Source: Planctomycetota bacterium (GTDB lineage Bacteria > Planctomycetota > Phycisphaerae > SM23-33). From it: a DNA stretch of 64,000 nt. The first letter of the stretch is position 1; each line of letters starts with the position of its first letter. The stretch covers positions 34,497-98,496 of the forward strand of contig DAOVZK010000004.1 in NCBI GenBank assembly GCA_030635145.1, read 5' to 3'. Below the pieces are notes generated by a model. That model was not told where the DNA came from and made no database searches. It saw only the letters and a program-made list of their open reading frames with translations. Positions 31,340 through 39,533 of this stretch are shown here, in pieces. A program made the position numbers and the translations under genes.

Positions 31340-32608
31340 ATGACAGAACCAGCAATACAAGTTAAGAATCTCGGAAAGCGATACAAGATCGGTGTTCGCA
31401 ACAAACCGGCGAATAATTTTCGCGAGGCCATGACGAATGCGATTATGGCACCGTGGCACAGACTTCACGCGCTCGGCGATAAGGTTACCTCGCAGGAGGA
31501 AATCTTCTGGGCCTTGGACGATGTGTCGTTTGAGATTGAACCGGGCGAAGTTGTTGGTGTTATGGGGCAGAACGGTGCGGGAAAAAGCACGCTGCTGAAG
31601 ATTCTGTCGCGAATTACCGAACCGACAACTGGCGAGATAAAAATCAACGGGCGCGTCGGAAGCCTGCTGGAAGTCGGCACCGGATTCCATCCCGATCTTA
31701 CCGGCCGCGAGAACGTGTTCCTCAACGGCGCGATCCTCGGAATGAAACGCGCCGAAATCATCGCGAAGTTCGACGAAATCGTTGCCTTCGCCGAGATCGA
31801 CCGCTTTTTGGATACGCCCGTAAAACGATATTCCAGCGGGATGCGCGTGCGACTTGGTTTTGCCGTCGCCGCCCACCTGAACCCCGAAATTCTCATCGTC
31901 GACGAAGTTCTAGCCGTCGGTGATGTGGCGTTCCAGAAAAAATGTCTTGGGAAAATGAACGACGTCGCCGGTGGCGGACGAACGGTGCTGTTCGTGTCGC
32001 ACAATATGTCGGCGGTGCGGCATTTGTGTACTCGCGGAATCTATCTCAACGCCGGAAAAGTAGCCTTCACAGGCGAAGTCAGCGACTGCATAGATCTGTA
32101 CCTCAAGCACGGTGACTCCGGCGTCGGAGACATCATCCGGCATGGCGTCTACAAGAGCAAACGCATTCAGGTAGATAAAATTCTGGTCAATGGCAATCAC
32201 GAAGACCGCGTTTTCTTTACGCAAGGTTCGAAGAAGGTCGAAGTAGAAATCTCCGGGGATGTTCTGGAGTCTGGGCAGGTCGCAATCGAGGTTCTTATTT
32301 CCGACGACGCCGGGCAGCCGGTTGGTTCGTTTTTACCGGCACATTATTCCGGCGGTGCACCGAAACTTGCCGCCGGGCCGTTCCACATAAGCTCCCAGAT
32401 CGAACTTCCCGACCTGATGCGCGGTGAATATCTCCTGAGCGTATTTCTTACCGAGCCAGGGAGAGCACATTTGTGGGAGTGTGAGCGTTGTGCGTGCCTG
32501 TTTTTCGAAGGCCGCCCCTGGGCGATCGAAGGCGGAACGCACTCTCGCGACCAGGCCCCGCACCACGGTTCGGTTGTACTCAACGGAAACGTCAACTATG
32601 GATCGTGA
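31340..32608 (+). CDS. Polysaccharide ABC transporter ATPase (Wzt-like, with C-terminal domain)
   Basis: GQNGAGKST, YSSGM and DEVLAVGD motifs. Confidence 0.92.
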   Translation: MTEPAIQVKNLGKRYKIGVRNKPANNFREAMTNAIMAPWHRLHALGDKVTSQEEIFWALDDVSFEIEPGEVVGVMGQNGAGKSTLLKILSRITEPTTGEIKINGRVGSLLEVGTGFHPDLTGRENVFLNGAILGMKRAEIIAKFDEIVAFAEIDRFLDTPVKRYSSGMRVRLGFAVAAHLNPEILIVDEVLAVGDVAFQKKCLGKMNDVAGGGRTVLFVSHNMSAVRHLCTRGIYLNAGKVAFTGEVSDCIDLYLKHGDSGVGDIIRHGVYKSKRIQVDKILVNGNHEDRVFFTQGSKKVEVEISGDVLESGQVAIEVLISDDAGQPVGSFLPAHYSGGAPKLAAGPFHISSQIELPDLMRGEYLLSVFLTEPGRAHLWECERCACLFFEGRPWAIEGGTHSRDQAPHHGSVVLNGNVNYGS

Positions 32609-33566
32609 CGATTCATCACCCTCCGACGAAATTCGCATCAGCGTAGTCATTCCCGCTTATAACGCCGCACGATTCATCACCGCCGCCGTCGACTCTATGC
32701 TCAACCAGACTCACCCCCCCGACGAAATCGTGGTCGTCGATGATGGCAGCATCGATAAGACTCCCGAAATTCTCGCGGGTTATGGCGACCGCATTCGTGT
32801 TGTGCGTCAGGACAACGCCGGTGAAGGCCCCGCCCGCAACACCGGCACCAAGGCAGCGAAATACGACTGGGTATACTACATAGACTCCGACGACGTCGCT
32901 ATACCGACGGCGCTTGCGGATCTGACGGCGGGGCTGCGAGCGAATCCTGACGCCGATATCGTCTACGGGGCATACATGCGATTTTATCCCGACGGTGAGG
33001 AGAAGGTTTTCAAAATGCCGCATCCACCCGTCGGGCGAAACCTGATCGCCGAAACGTTTTCCGATAGCTTTTTCATGGTCGGTTGCGCGTTGTTGCGTCG
33101 CAAGGCTGTCATCAAGGCGGGGATGTTCAACAATTATCTGTGCGCATCGGATTTTTACTGCTGGGGCAGAATGGCACCGGACTGCTGCTTCGCGTACGTC
33201 GATGCCGTTATTATGAAGTATCGCATGCACGACGAGCAGATATCCAAACGCACGATCAAAATGGCGTACTATCACTATAAGGCTCAACGCAGCCTGCTGA
33301 AACTTTACCGGCGCCGCAAAATTCACCTCCCACGCGAGGTTAAACGCTCGGAAATGGACGACCGCATTCGTTATCTTGCGATGCGAATGTACTGGCGGCG
33401 AGATGGGTATGCGACGTGCCTCGTTTTCTTGTGGGCGCTTTTGCTGTATCCGCTCGACCTGAAATTGTGGGGATATTTTTTCGTCAGCCTCATCCCCACA
33501 CCACTGCTGAAATGTATCGATAGGTTCCGCGAAAAACGCGCTAAAAAATGCGAGAAGAACGGATAA
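32598..33566 (+). CDS. GT2 glycosyltransferase
   Basis: SVVIPAYN, VVDDGS and DSDD motifs. Confidence 0.88.
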   Translation: MDRDDSSPSDEIRISVVIPAYNAARFITAAVDSMLNQTHPPDEIVVVDDGSIDKTPEILAGYGDRIRVVRQDNAGEGPARNTGTKAAKYDWVYYIDSDDVAIPTALADLTAGLRANPDADIVYGAYMRFYPDGEEKVFKMPHPPVGRNLIAETFSDSFFMVGCALLRRKAVIKAGMFNNYLCASDFYCWGRMAPDCCFAYVDAVIMKYRMHDEQISKRTIKMAYYHYKAQRSLLKLYRRRKIHLPREVKRSEMDDRIRYLAMRMYWRRDGYATCLVFLWALLLYPLDLKLWGYFFVSLIPTPLLKCIDRFREKRAKKCEKNG

Positions 33567-33571
33567 ACGAA

Positions 33572-34759
33572 ATGAAAGTTGAGCTTCAAGTTTCTGGTGA
33601 TCTCACTGCTGACGTCGTTCGCGGCGGAGAGAATCACGCACTTGAGCTTGCCAAGGCTCTTGCCGATCGCGGGTACGAAATTTCCCTGCTTTCTCGCAGC
33701 CGATGCGACGAAGTTACGCATACCGAAGTCTGCGGTTTTCCCACGACGATCTTGCCGCGAATAAAACCGCGAAAATTCTTCTGGCGGCTGGGGATGTACC
33801 CACAGCTGGGCCGGTTGGCGCAGCAAATCAAAGATTACGGGGCCGACAGCGATATCGTTATCAATTTTTCACCGTGGCTGACGTTGGCGTCGCGAATGGG
33901 GCGCCCGAACGTACCGAACTTTTACGTCGTTGCCGATTTGCTCGTGGCGGCGAAACGGTTTCAGGAAGGCAAGACGTTCGCATTTAGCGGCGGAAACTGG
34001 TTGAAGTTTGGATTAGACGCCTGGCTGGAGAAAAAAGCGTATCTCAATGCCTGCGATATGGCCTTTCCGCAGACGCACTGGATGCTCGAGGGATTAGTTA
34101 CCAGCGGAATCCCACGCGAAAAGCTGCAACAGGGATATGTCGGTGCTTGTCCGACGACCTGCAAAGGCGACCGCACCCGCGAGACCGTTCGTGACGAACT
34201 GAACATTCCGCCCGCCGCCGCCGTTGTGCTGTATATGGGTGCGATGACGCGGCGGAAAAATCCGGTGTTGCTTGCACGTGCGATGAAAAATGCGCCCGAG
34301 AATCTTTACGCGATTTTTGCAGGGGCAGGGGACTGCGAGAGCGAAGTTCGCGCCGCCTGCACCGAAGCGGGCGTTGATAACCGTGTGCGATTTACCGGCT
34401 GGACGCAAACACCTGCGGATTACTATCGGGCTGCGGATATTTTGTGCCACACCGCATTGTACGAGACGGCGGGGATGATCTTTACCGAGGCGATGATGCA
34501 TTCGCTCGCAGTCGTGGCTCCGCAACTTGATCCGCCGAACGTTTACGGTATCGGGTGCGAGGCGATTATAGACGGGCAAAGCGGATTGCTGTACGATGCG
34601 CTAGACCCGCAGGACCTCGCCGCGAAACTTTCGCAACTTGCTACGGATGCTGCGTTGCTGGACTCGATGAAACGCGAAATTCCCAAACGCCTCGATGTTT
34701 TCAGCTGGACGCGCTACTGCGATATCATCGAAACCGAAATCAAACGCTTCGCGAAGTAA
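33572..34759 (+). CDS. GT4 glycosyltransferase
   Basis: GGENH, RRKN and ETAGMIFTEAM (EX7E) motifs. Confidence 0.85.
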   Translation: MKVELQVSGDLTADVVRGGENHALELAKALADRGYEISLLSRSRCDEVTHTEVCGFPTTILPRIKPRKFFWRLGMYPQLGRLAQQIKDYGADSDIVINFSPWLTLASRMGRPNVPNFYVVADLLVAAKRFQEGKTFAFSGGNWLKFGLDAWLEKKAYLNACDMAFPQTHWMLEGLVTSGIPREKLQQGYVGACPTTCKGDRTRETVRDELNIPPAAAVVLYMGAMTRRKNPVLLARAMKNAPENLYAIFAGAGDCESEVRAACTEAGVDNRVRFTGWTQTPADYYRAADILCHTALYETAGMIFTEAMMHSLAVVAPQLDPPNVYGIGCEAIIDGQSGLLYDALDPQDLAAKLSQLATDAALLDSMKREIPKRLDVFSWTRYCDIIETEIKRFAK

Positions 34760-34765
34760 CAGCCT

Positions 34766-36058
34766 CTAGTCGCATCGTTGCCATTCGGGTGGGTCGTTCA
34801 GACGGTACAGCATTTCCCCGGCCTTGGGCACATAGAGCTTACCTTCGTCTTCCTTGCCTTCCCATTCGGCGATGTCGATATCGGCGGGGTCGCGGTAGCC
34901 CATGTTGATCCGTTCGCAAAGCTCCTTCGGAATTCCCGTCGCCAGCGTAACCTTCACTCGCGACTGCTCCACCCCGTCTACAAAAGTGCCGATTCCGCGA
35001 ACATGCGTGCTGTGGGCGAGAATGCCCCACGGATAGTCTTTGAATTTGTCCCATTGCTCGACGAAATACGGCAGCGAATGGTAGCCGATCTGCTCGATGA
35101 CCGCACCGTGCGCGACGGCAAGTTCGTTGATGTGCGGGGCGTAGATAATCAGCTCACCGCCGTCGGCGACGGCGCATTCCATTTTGTACATGCATTTTCC
35201 GCCCGTCCACATTTCGTCGTACATCAGCGGAGCGCGGGATAGAATCGAATCGTACGCGCGGTCGCAGTAGGTGATGTGCGTTTTGTCCGAAAGATCAGCC
35301 GCCGCTGACCAGCTTGCGCGAACCTCATCGAAATATAACCCCGCCAAGTCGCTACCTTTTACGACCATGCTCAAGGCGTACTTGTCCATGTCGATCATGT
35401 CCATAGCCTCGTGCAAAAGTGCGCGGACGGGGGTATCCTTCACGCCGATCATTTTTGGAATCGTGATTAGTGCGCCCAGCCAGTGGAAAAAGTTCAGCAG
35501 CTCCTCGCCGCAAATGCCGGGGAAGAAATATTTCGCACCCCCGGAAAATCCCACGACTTCGTGCGGGAATACCGGCCCGGCGATCATAACGATGTCGTAG
35601 TCGAAGATCATCCTGTTTACGGTGACGTCTATGTCGCGGGAGAAGCGGGCGTTTTCAGGCGCGAGATATTTTTTGATTTCCGCCGCCGAGAACGTGCCGA
35701 TTTTCTTCAACGCGTCGGGGTTCTTCCATTCGTGATTAAAAATTTTGCTGCCGGGCAGCACCTCGCTACGCTGCCCAGGCTCGATGCCGAGAAGTTTGTC
35801 GAGTGAGTCTTCGCTCAGGGCGGGGTGCGTGCCGAGGGCTACGAGAAAATCCAACGCCTTTGCCCTTGGTGCGATATTTTTGTGGAGTTCGCGAGCGACT
35901 TTCGGCAGGGGGCAGGTGCGGGTATGATCGGGAATGATCACCAGCACGCGTTTGCCCTCGGGAGCTATGCGTTCCGCGGCGGCTGCGATTATTTCTTCTA
36001 TTTGCCCATCCGACAGCACAGCATCTTTTTGTCCAAACCCGATTACACTCATCGCCAT
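34766..36058 (-). CDS. Lactate racemase (LarA) family nickel-pincer protein
   Basis: PDHTR, ALGTH and PHEVVGFSGGAKYFFPG motifs. Confidence 0.82.
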   Translation of the reverse strand: MAMSVIGFGQKDAVLSDGQIEEIIAAAAERIAPEGKRVLVIIPDHTRTCPLPKVARELHKNIAPRAKALDFLVALGTHPALSEDSLDKLLGIEPGQRSEVLPGSKIFNHEWKNPDALKKIGTFSAAEIKKYLAPENARFSRDIDVTVNRMIFDYDIVMIAGPVFPHEVVGFSGGAKYFFPGICGEELLNFFHWLGALITIPKMIGVKDTPVRALLHEAMDMIDMDKYALSMVVKGSDLAGLYFDEVRASWSAAADLSDKTHITYCDRAYDSILSRAPLMYDEMWTGGKCMYKMECAVADGGELIIYAPHINELAVAHGAVIEQIGYHSLPYFVEQWDKFKDYPWGILAHSTHVRGIGTFVDGVEQSRVKVTLATGIPKELCERINMGYRDPADIDIAEWEGKEDEGKLYVPKAGEMLYRLNDPPEWQRCD

Positions 36059-36342
36059 TCTCGCTTTCGTCAATAAACAATAATTGTCCAATAATTGTCG
36101 CACGCTTTTCCCGCATGCCGCTACATCGTTTCTTATACCCCCGCGAGAAACTCCGATCAATTGTTTTCCGGTTTTGCACCTTGAATATGCGTCCAAAGAC
36201 ATTGACGCTACCTGTGAGGGGCGCGATTTCTCGAAGAGTGCCGCCCCCTTCGGTGCATAAAAAGTGGGTTATGCAAACTATTGTAAGCAAAAAAAATCAA
36301 AGTCTTTGCATTCTGCCTACTGCAATATACAATTGGAGTACT

Positions 36343-37665
36343 ATGATGCGGATAATACTTATTTCAATGGGCTTTCTTTTGATGATGACTGGTTTTGTGT
36401 CGGCTGAAAGTGAAAGCAAAACGGTCAAGCTTTCTTTCACCAAAAGCAAAAGCGTGCTCCGGCTAAGTTGGCCCATGAAACTCGGGAGCGGCGGATACCT
36501 CTTCAATAGTTCCACAAAGATATACGGGCACGATTTTTCTCTCAAGACCCAGAAAAAAGGCAGAAGCCTCGCCGTAAACCTCACCTCGAACGATGGTTCA
36601 TTTAAGCTGAAGCCCAAGATATATGCACGTAAGCCGATTGCCTTTAACATCCCCGCCAAGCTTGGCGAAAAAAATGTAATGCTGCCGTTGATGATGTCAA
36701 ACATTTTCACATCCGGCAAGGGCAAGAGCGAGGTTTATGCTCGCTACTATCCCGGGTGGGCGATGGCAGGGAAGGTCGGCAAGACGAAAATTTACCTTAT
36801 CGATGCGAATGTCGACACGAAGTTCGACACAAACGGCCGCGACTATATCGCCATCGGTTCATCGTACGCGATAAAACTTTGCAAGCAGACCGTAATCAAC
36901 GGTAAGCTTTATGAGGTATCGATCACCAGCGACGGAAGCGAGCTTACGCTTGAAGATCTCAAATCCGAGAAGCTTTGCAAAGTCGCCCTCAAAGCCCCCA
37001 AAGGCCTCGCCCGCTGGGGAGTGCTTTCTCTCAGCAACAACGAGGGAACATACAACATCGCCGCCAAAAATTGCAACGTGCTACCGGCTGGTACCTATAA
37101 AATCAGCTATGGGATATACGGCAAGGGTACGAATTACCTGTATCTCAGAAGGACCCAAAATTTCGATCCGCAGCTGGAAATTCGCGCGGGTAATATCAAC
37201 ACGATAAATATCGGTGCGCCTTTTGTTCTGAAGTTTAAGGCGACACTTACCGGCAAAACGGTAAAGGTCGATGCCAACATATCGGTCGCCGGGTGTTACG
37301 GTGAATCTTATCGGTACAGGTCATCTGTTAGAGGCAGAGGTGTGCCGCCGTCGGTGGCGATTTACGCGGGCAAAAAACGAGTTAGTACCGGCAAAATGGG
37401 GTTTGGCTGAGGCGGGAGCCTTTGCGGATACTCAAGGCGAGCATCCAAAGTTACGAAAAAAAACGGTTCGGTTGTTGTAGTCAGAACTTATGCGGGTATC
37501 GGCCGCGTTAAGGGCAAGGTTGTTTTTAGCGATGAGTCGAGTTCCGTATCCAAAGAAACGGAAATTGTAGAATACAAGCCCGTAAAAGAAAAACCGAAAG
37601 ATAACCAGACCGGCGAAGCAGAAGATAAGTCAACCGATAAAGAAAAATCGGACGATAAAGAGTAA
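36343..37665 (+). CDS. Putative secreted selenoprotein A, 440 aa; UGA 37408-37410 read as Sec356, motif FG-U-GGSLC
   Basis: GGAG RBS and signal peptide; frame stays open 84 codons past the TGA to TAA 37663-37665, then a terminator; SECIS-like hairpin; paralog at 40980-42278 has TGA at the aligned site. Confidence 0.8.
37420..37450 (+). promoter_or_regulatory. SECIS-like hairpin for UGA 37408
   Basis: CTTT-gc-GGAT-a-CTC[AAGGC]GAG-c-ATCC-AAAG; loop starts 23 nt after the UGA. Confidence 0.55.
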
Positions 37666-37681
37666 ATGCAGATTACAATAC

Positions 37682-37717
37682 ATACCGGGCGTTTTAGCGA
37701 GCGTCCGGTATTTCTCT
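37682..37717 (+). terminator. Intrinsic terminator after the read-through stop of selenoprotein A
   Basis: ATACCGGGCG...CGTCCGGTAT stem followed by TTCTCT. Confidence 0.55.
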
Positions 37718-37779
37718 GCGCGAAATCCCATCTAAAGTCATTGACTAAAACATAATTGCAGACGAAAATAAGATTATCC

Positions 37780-37872
37780 GGAGGTGCCCGGTATCCTGGT
37801 GGTGCCCTTGGTCTTCAAAACCAATGAGGGGCTCAAAAAGTCCTTGGTGGGTTCGATTCCCATTCACCTCCG
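37780..37872 (+). tRNA. selC: tRNA-Sec (anticodon UCA)
   Basis: Acceptor GGAGGTG/CACCTCC with discriminator G; 6-bp D stem; anticodon arm TTGGT-CTTCAAA-ACCAA; long variable arm; GGTTCGATTCC T-loop; no encoded CCA. Confidence 0.93.
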
Positions 37873-37889
37873 TTTTAAGAAGGACGCTG

Positions 37890-38180
37890 ATGACGCAATG
37901 CGAGAACAATATCACCCCCACGCGGGCTGACGAGCGACGCAGTTTATTGCTGCCGCTTGCACTGCTGGTTGCCGGCGCGATATTGTTTGCCGTCGGCTTT
38001 TTCGCAGTCCCGTGGCGTAAGGGCAAACCTGACACCGAGTACGAGTTCAATCGCGCGGTAGTTACAAACAAGCTCCCCGACCTCAATGGTGGCAGCTCCA
38101 AGATGGGGCAGGACGGTAAAACCGCCAAACCATCAAAGGGCGATAAAAAAAACGACGACTTCTGCCCTACGTGAATTTAG
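37890..38180 (+). CDS. Small membrane protein with candidate C-terminal CxxU (…FCPT-U-I*)
   Basis: AGGA RBS; one TM helix; ends TGC CCT ACG TGA ATT TAG TAA; downstream hairpin at SECIS spacing. Confidence 0.6.
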
Positions 38181-38188
38181 TAAATTTC

Positions 38189-38207
38189 GGTTACGCGTGC
38201 CGTGACC
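38189..38207 (+). promoter_or_regulatory. SECIS-like hairpin for UGA 38172
   Basis: GGTTACG[CGTGC]CGTGACC; loop starts 21 nt after the UGA. Confidence 0.5.
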
Positions 38208-38214
38208 ACCAGTA

Positions 38215-38372
38215 CTCTGTCCCATGAATAATGTTGTGTAGATGCGCCGTGCCGATGAGGTAGATGCAAAGAAGAAAAAAGGTTGCATATTAGTGGATAT
38301 TCCGCCTTTTTTCTGATGCAGCATATGCCTTGTCGCCACAAGCAGGTACCAATCAAAATTCATGGGACAGAG
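38215..38372. mobile_element. MITE-like element with perfect 15-bp terminal inverted repeats
   Basis: CTCTGTCCCATGAAT (38215-38229) and ATTCATGGGACAGAG (38358-38372). Confidence 0.7.
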
Positions 38373-38431
38373 CCTAGACCCCCAGCTCTAGGTTGCAACT
38401 GATGTGGAGCAAAATTTAACGACGAAAGAAT

Positions 38432-39235
38432 ATGGCGAAAAAACTCAGCTATTTCCGACTCCGGCGAATCGTACAGTTTCTGGTTCTACCGGTCTGGATG
38501 CTGCCGATAGCTGCACTTCGCGGAATACCGGGGTGCGTTTTTCACTGCTACGCCTGCCCGCTGAGTTCCTTTGCCTGCCCCATCGGGCTTATTGCCACAT
38601 CAATGGCGATGGGATTGGTGCCGTTGATGGTGCTGGGCGTAATCTTTGTCGCCGCTGCCGCCGTCGGTAGTGCGATTTGTGGATGGTTGTGCCCGTTCGG
38701 GTTACTGCAGGATTTGTTCCATAAAATTCCGACGCCGAAATTCAAACTCCCCGCATGGACAGGAATCGGTAGATACATCACGCTCATCGCGTTGGTGATC
38801 GTAGGGCCGCTGCTTTGGGGCAAGTCGGTCGACAACTACGCTTTCATCTGCAACCTATGCCCGGCCGGTGCAATCGAAGCCGGCCTGCCTCGTATAATCG
38901 CCGGACAAGTCTCCGTCGAAAGGCTGCTGAGCGTCAAATATATTGCCGCCGCGGTAATCGTGGGGCTGATGCTTTTCACGTATCGCCCGTGGTGTCGAAT
39001 GCTCTGCCCGCTGGGCGGATTTTTCGCGCTATTCAATCGCGTGAGCGTTTTGTTCCTTCGCCTTAAAACCGACAAATGCAGCAACTGCAAAACCTGCATC
39101 GTTGACTGCCCCTGCGATATCGACGTCAAAAAGGCCATCAACACATCAAGCTGCATACGCTGCATGAAATGCACTCAATGCAAAGTAGTTTCCCCGACAA
39201 CCATATTCGAAAAATTCGGTAACGGCGGGGAGTAA
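38432..39235 (+). CDS. Membrane 4Fe-4S binding protein (NapH/MauN/YccM-like polyferredoxin)
   Basis: CYACP..CPIG, CGWLCPFG, CNLCPAG and WCRMLCPLG motifs; two CxxCxxC clusters. Confidence 0.88.
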   Translation: MAKKLSYFRLRRIVQFLVLPVWMLPIAALRGIPGCVFHCYACPLSSFACPIGLIATSMAMGLVPLMVLGVIFVAAAAVGSAICGWLCPFGLLQDLFHKIPTPKFKLPAWTGIGRYITLIALVIVGPLLWGKSVDNYAFICNLCPAGAIEAGLPRIIAGQVSVERLLSVKYIAAAVIVGLMLFTYRPWCRMLCPLGGFFALFNRVSVLFLRLKTDKCSNCKTCIVDCPCDIDVKKAINTSSCIRCMKCTQCKVVSPTTIFEKFGNGGE

Positions 39236-39263
39236 CCCGTCGGCCGAATCTTGGCGGGAATTC

Positions 39264-39518
39264 TCAACAGCAGCAACCGTTGCTGTCGCCACCGACTTTT
39301 TTCATTTGTGCCACGTAGAACATCCGCACAACCGCGCCACCGACACCCACCCCCAGCCAAGCCGCCTCGTCAAGTTGCTCTTGCGTAATACCCATCTCAC
39401 GCGATTTTTTGTAATGAACCTCAAAACACTCTTCACATCGCCCGAGAATTATCAATGCAAACGTCATCAGTTGCTTGGTTTTCGCATCAATTTGCCCATC
39501 CGCGGAGACGGCCTGCAT
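39264..39518 (-). CDS. Carboxymuconolactone decarboxylase/AhpD-like domain (CxxC), in frame with selD
   Basis: IDAKTKQL...RCEECFEVH...GITQEQLDEA. Confidence 0.8.
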   Translation of the reverse strand: MQAVSADGQIDAKTKQLMTFALIILGRCEECFEVHYKKSREMGITQEQLDEAAWLGVGVGGAVVRMFYVAQMKKVGGDSNGCCC

Positions 39519-39533
39519 GAATGCACCAAATTT

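Noticed and set aside
36115-36342. N-terminal 76 codons of ORF 36115-37410
   Set aside because: They overlap the divergent promoter region. The RBS and signal peptide indicate ATG 36343.
37824-37889. Start of ORF 37824-38174
   Set aside because: It overlaps tRNA-Sec. ATG 37890 has an RBS.
39230-39266. Sec read-through at the CMD ORF end (GCCC-TGA)
   Set aside because: No hairpin at the 20-23 nt spacing, and read-through would run into the convergent 4Fe-4S gene.
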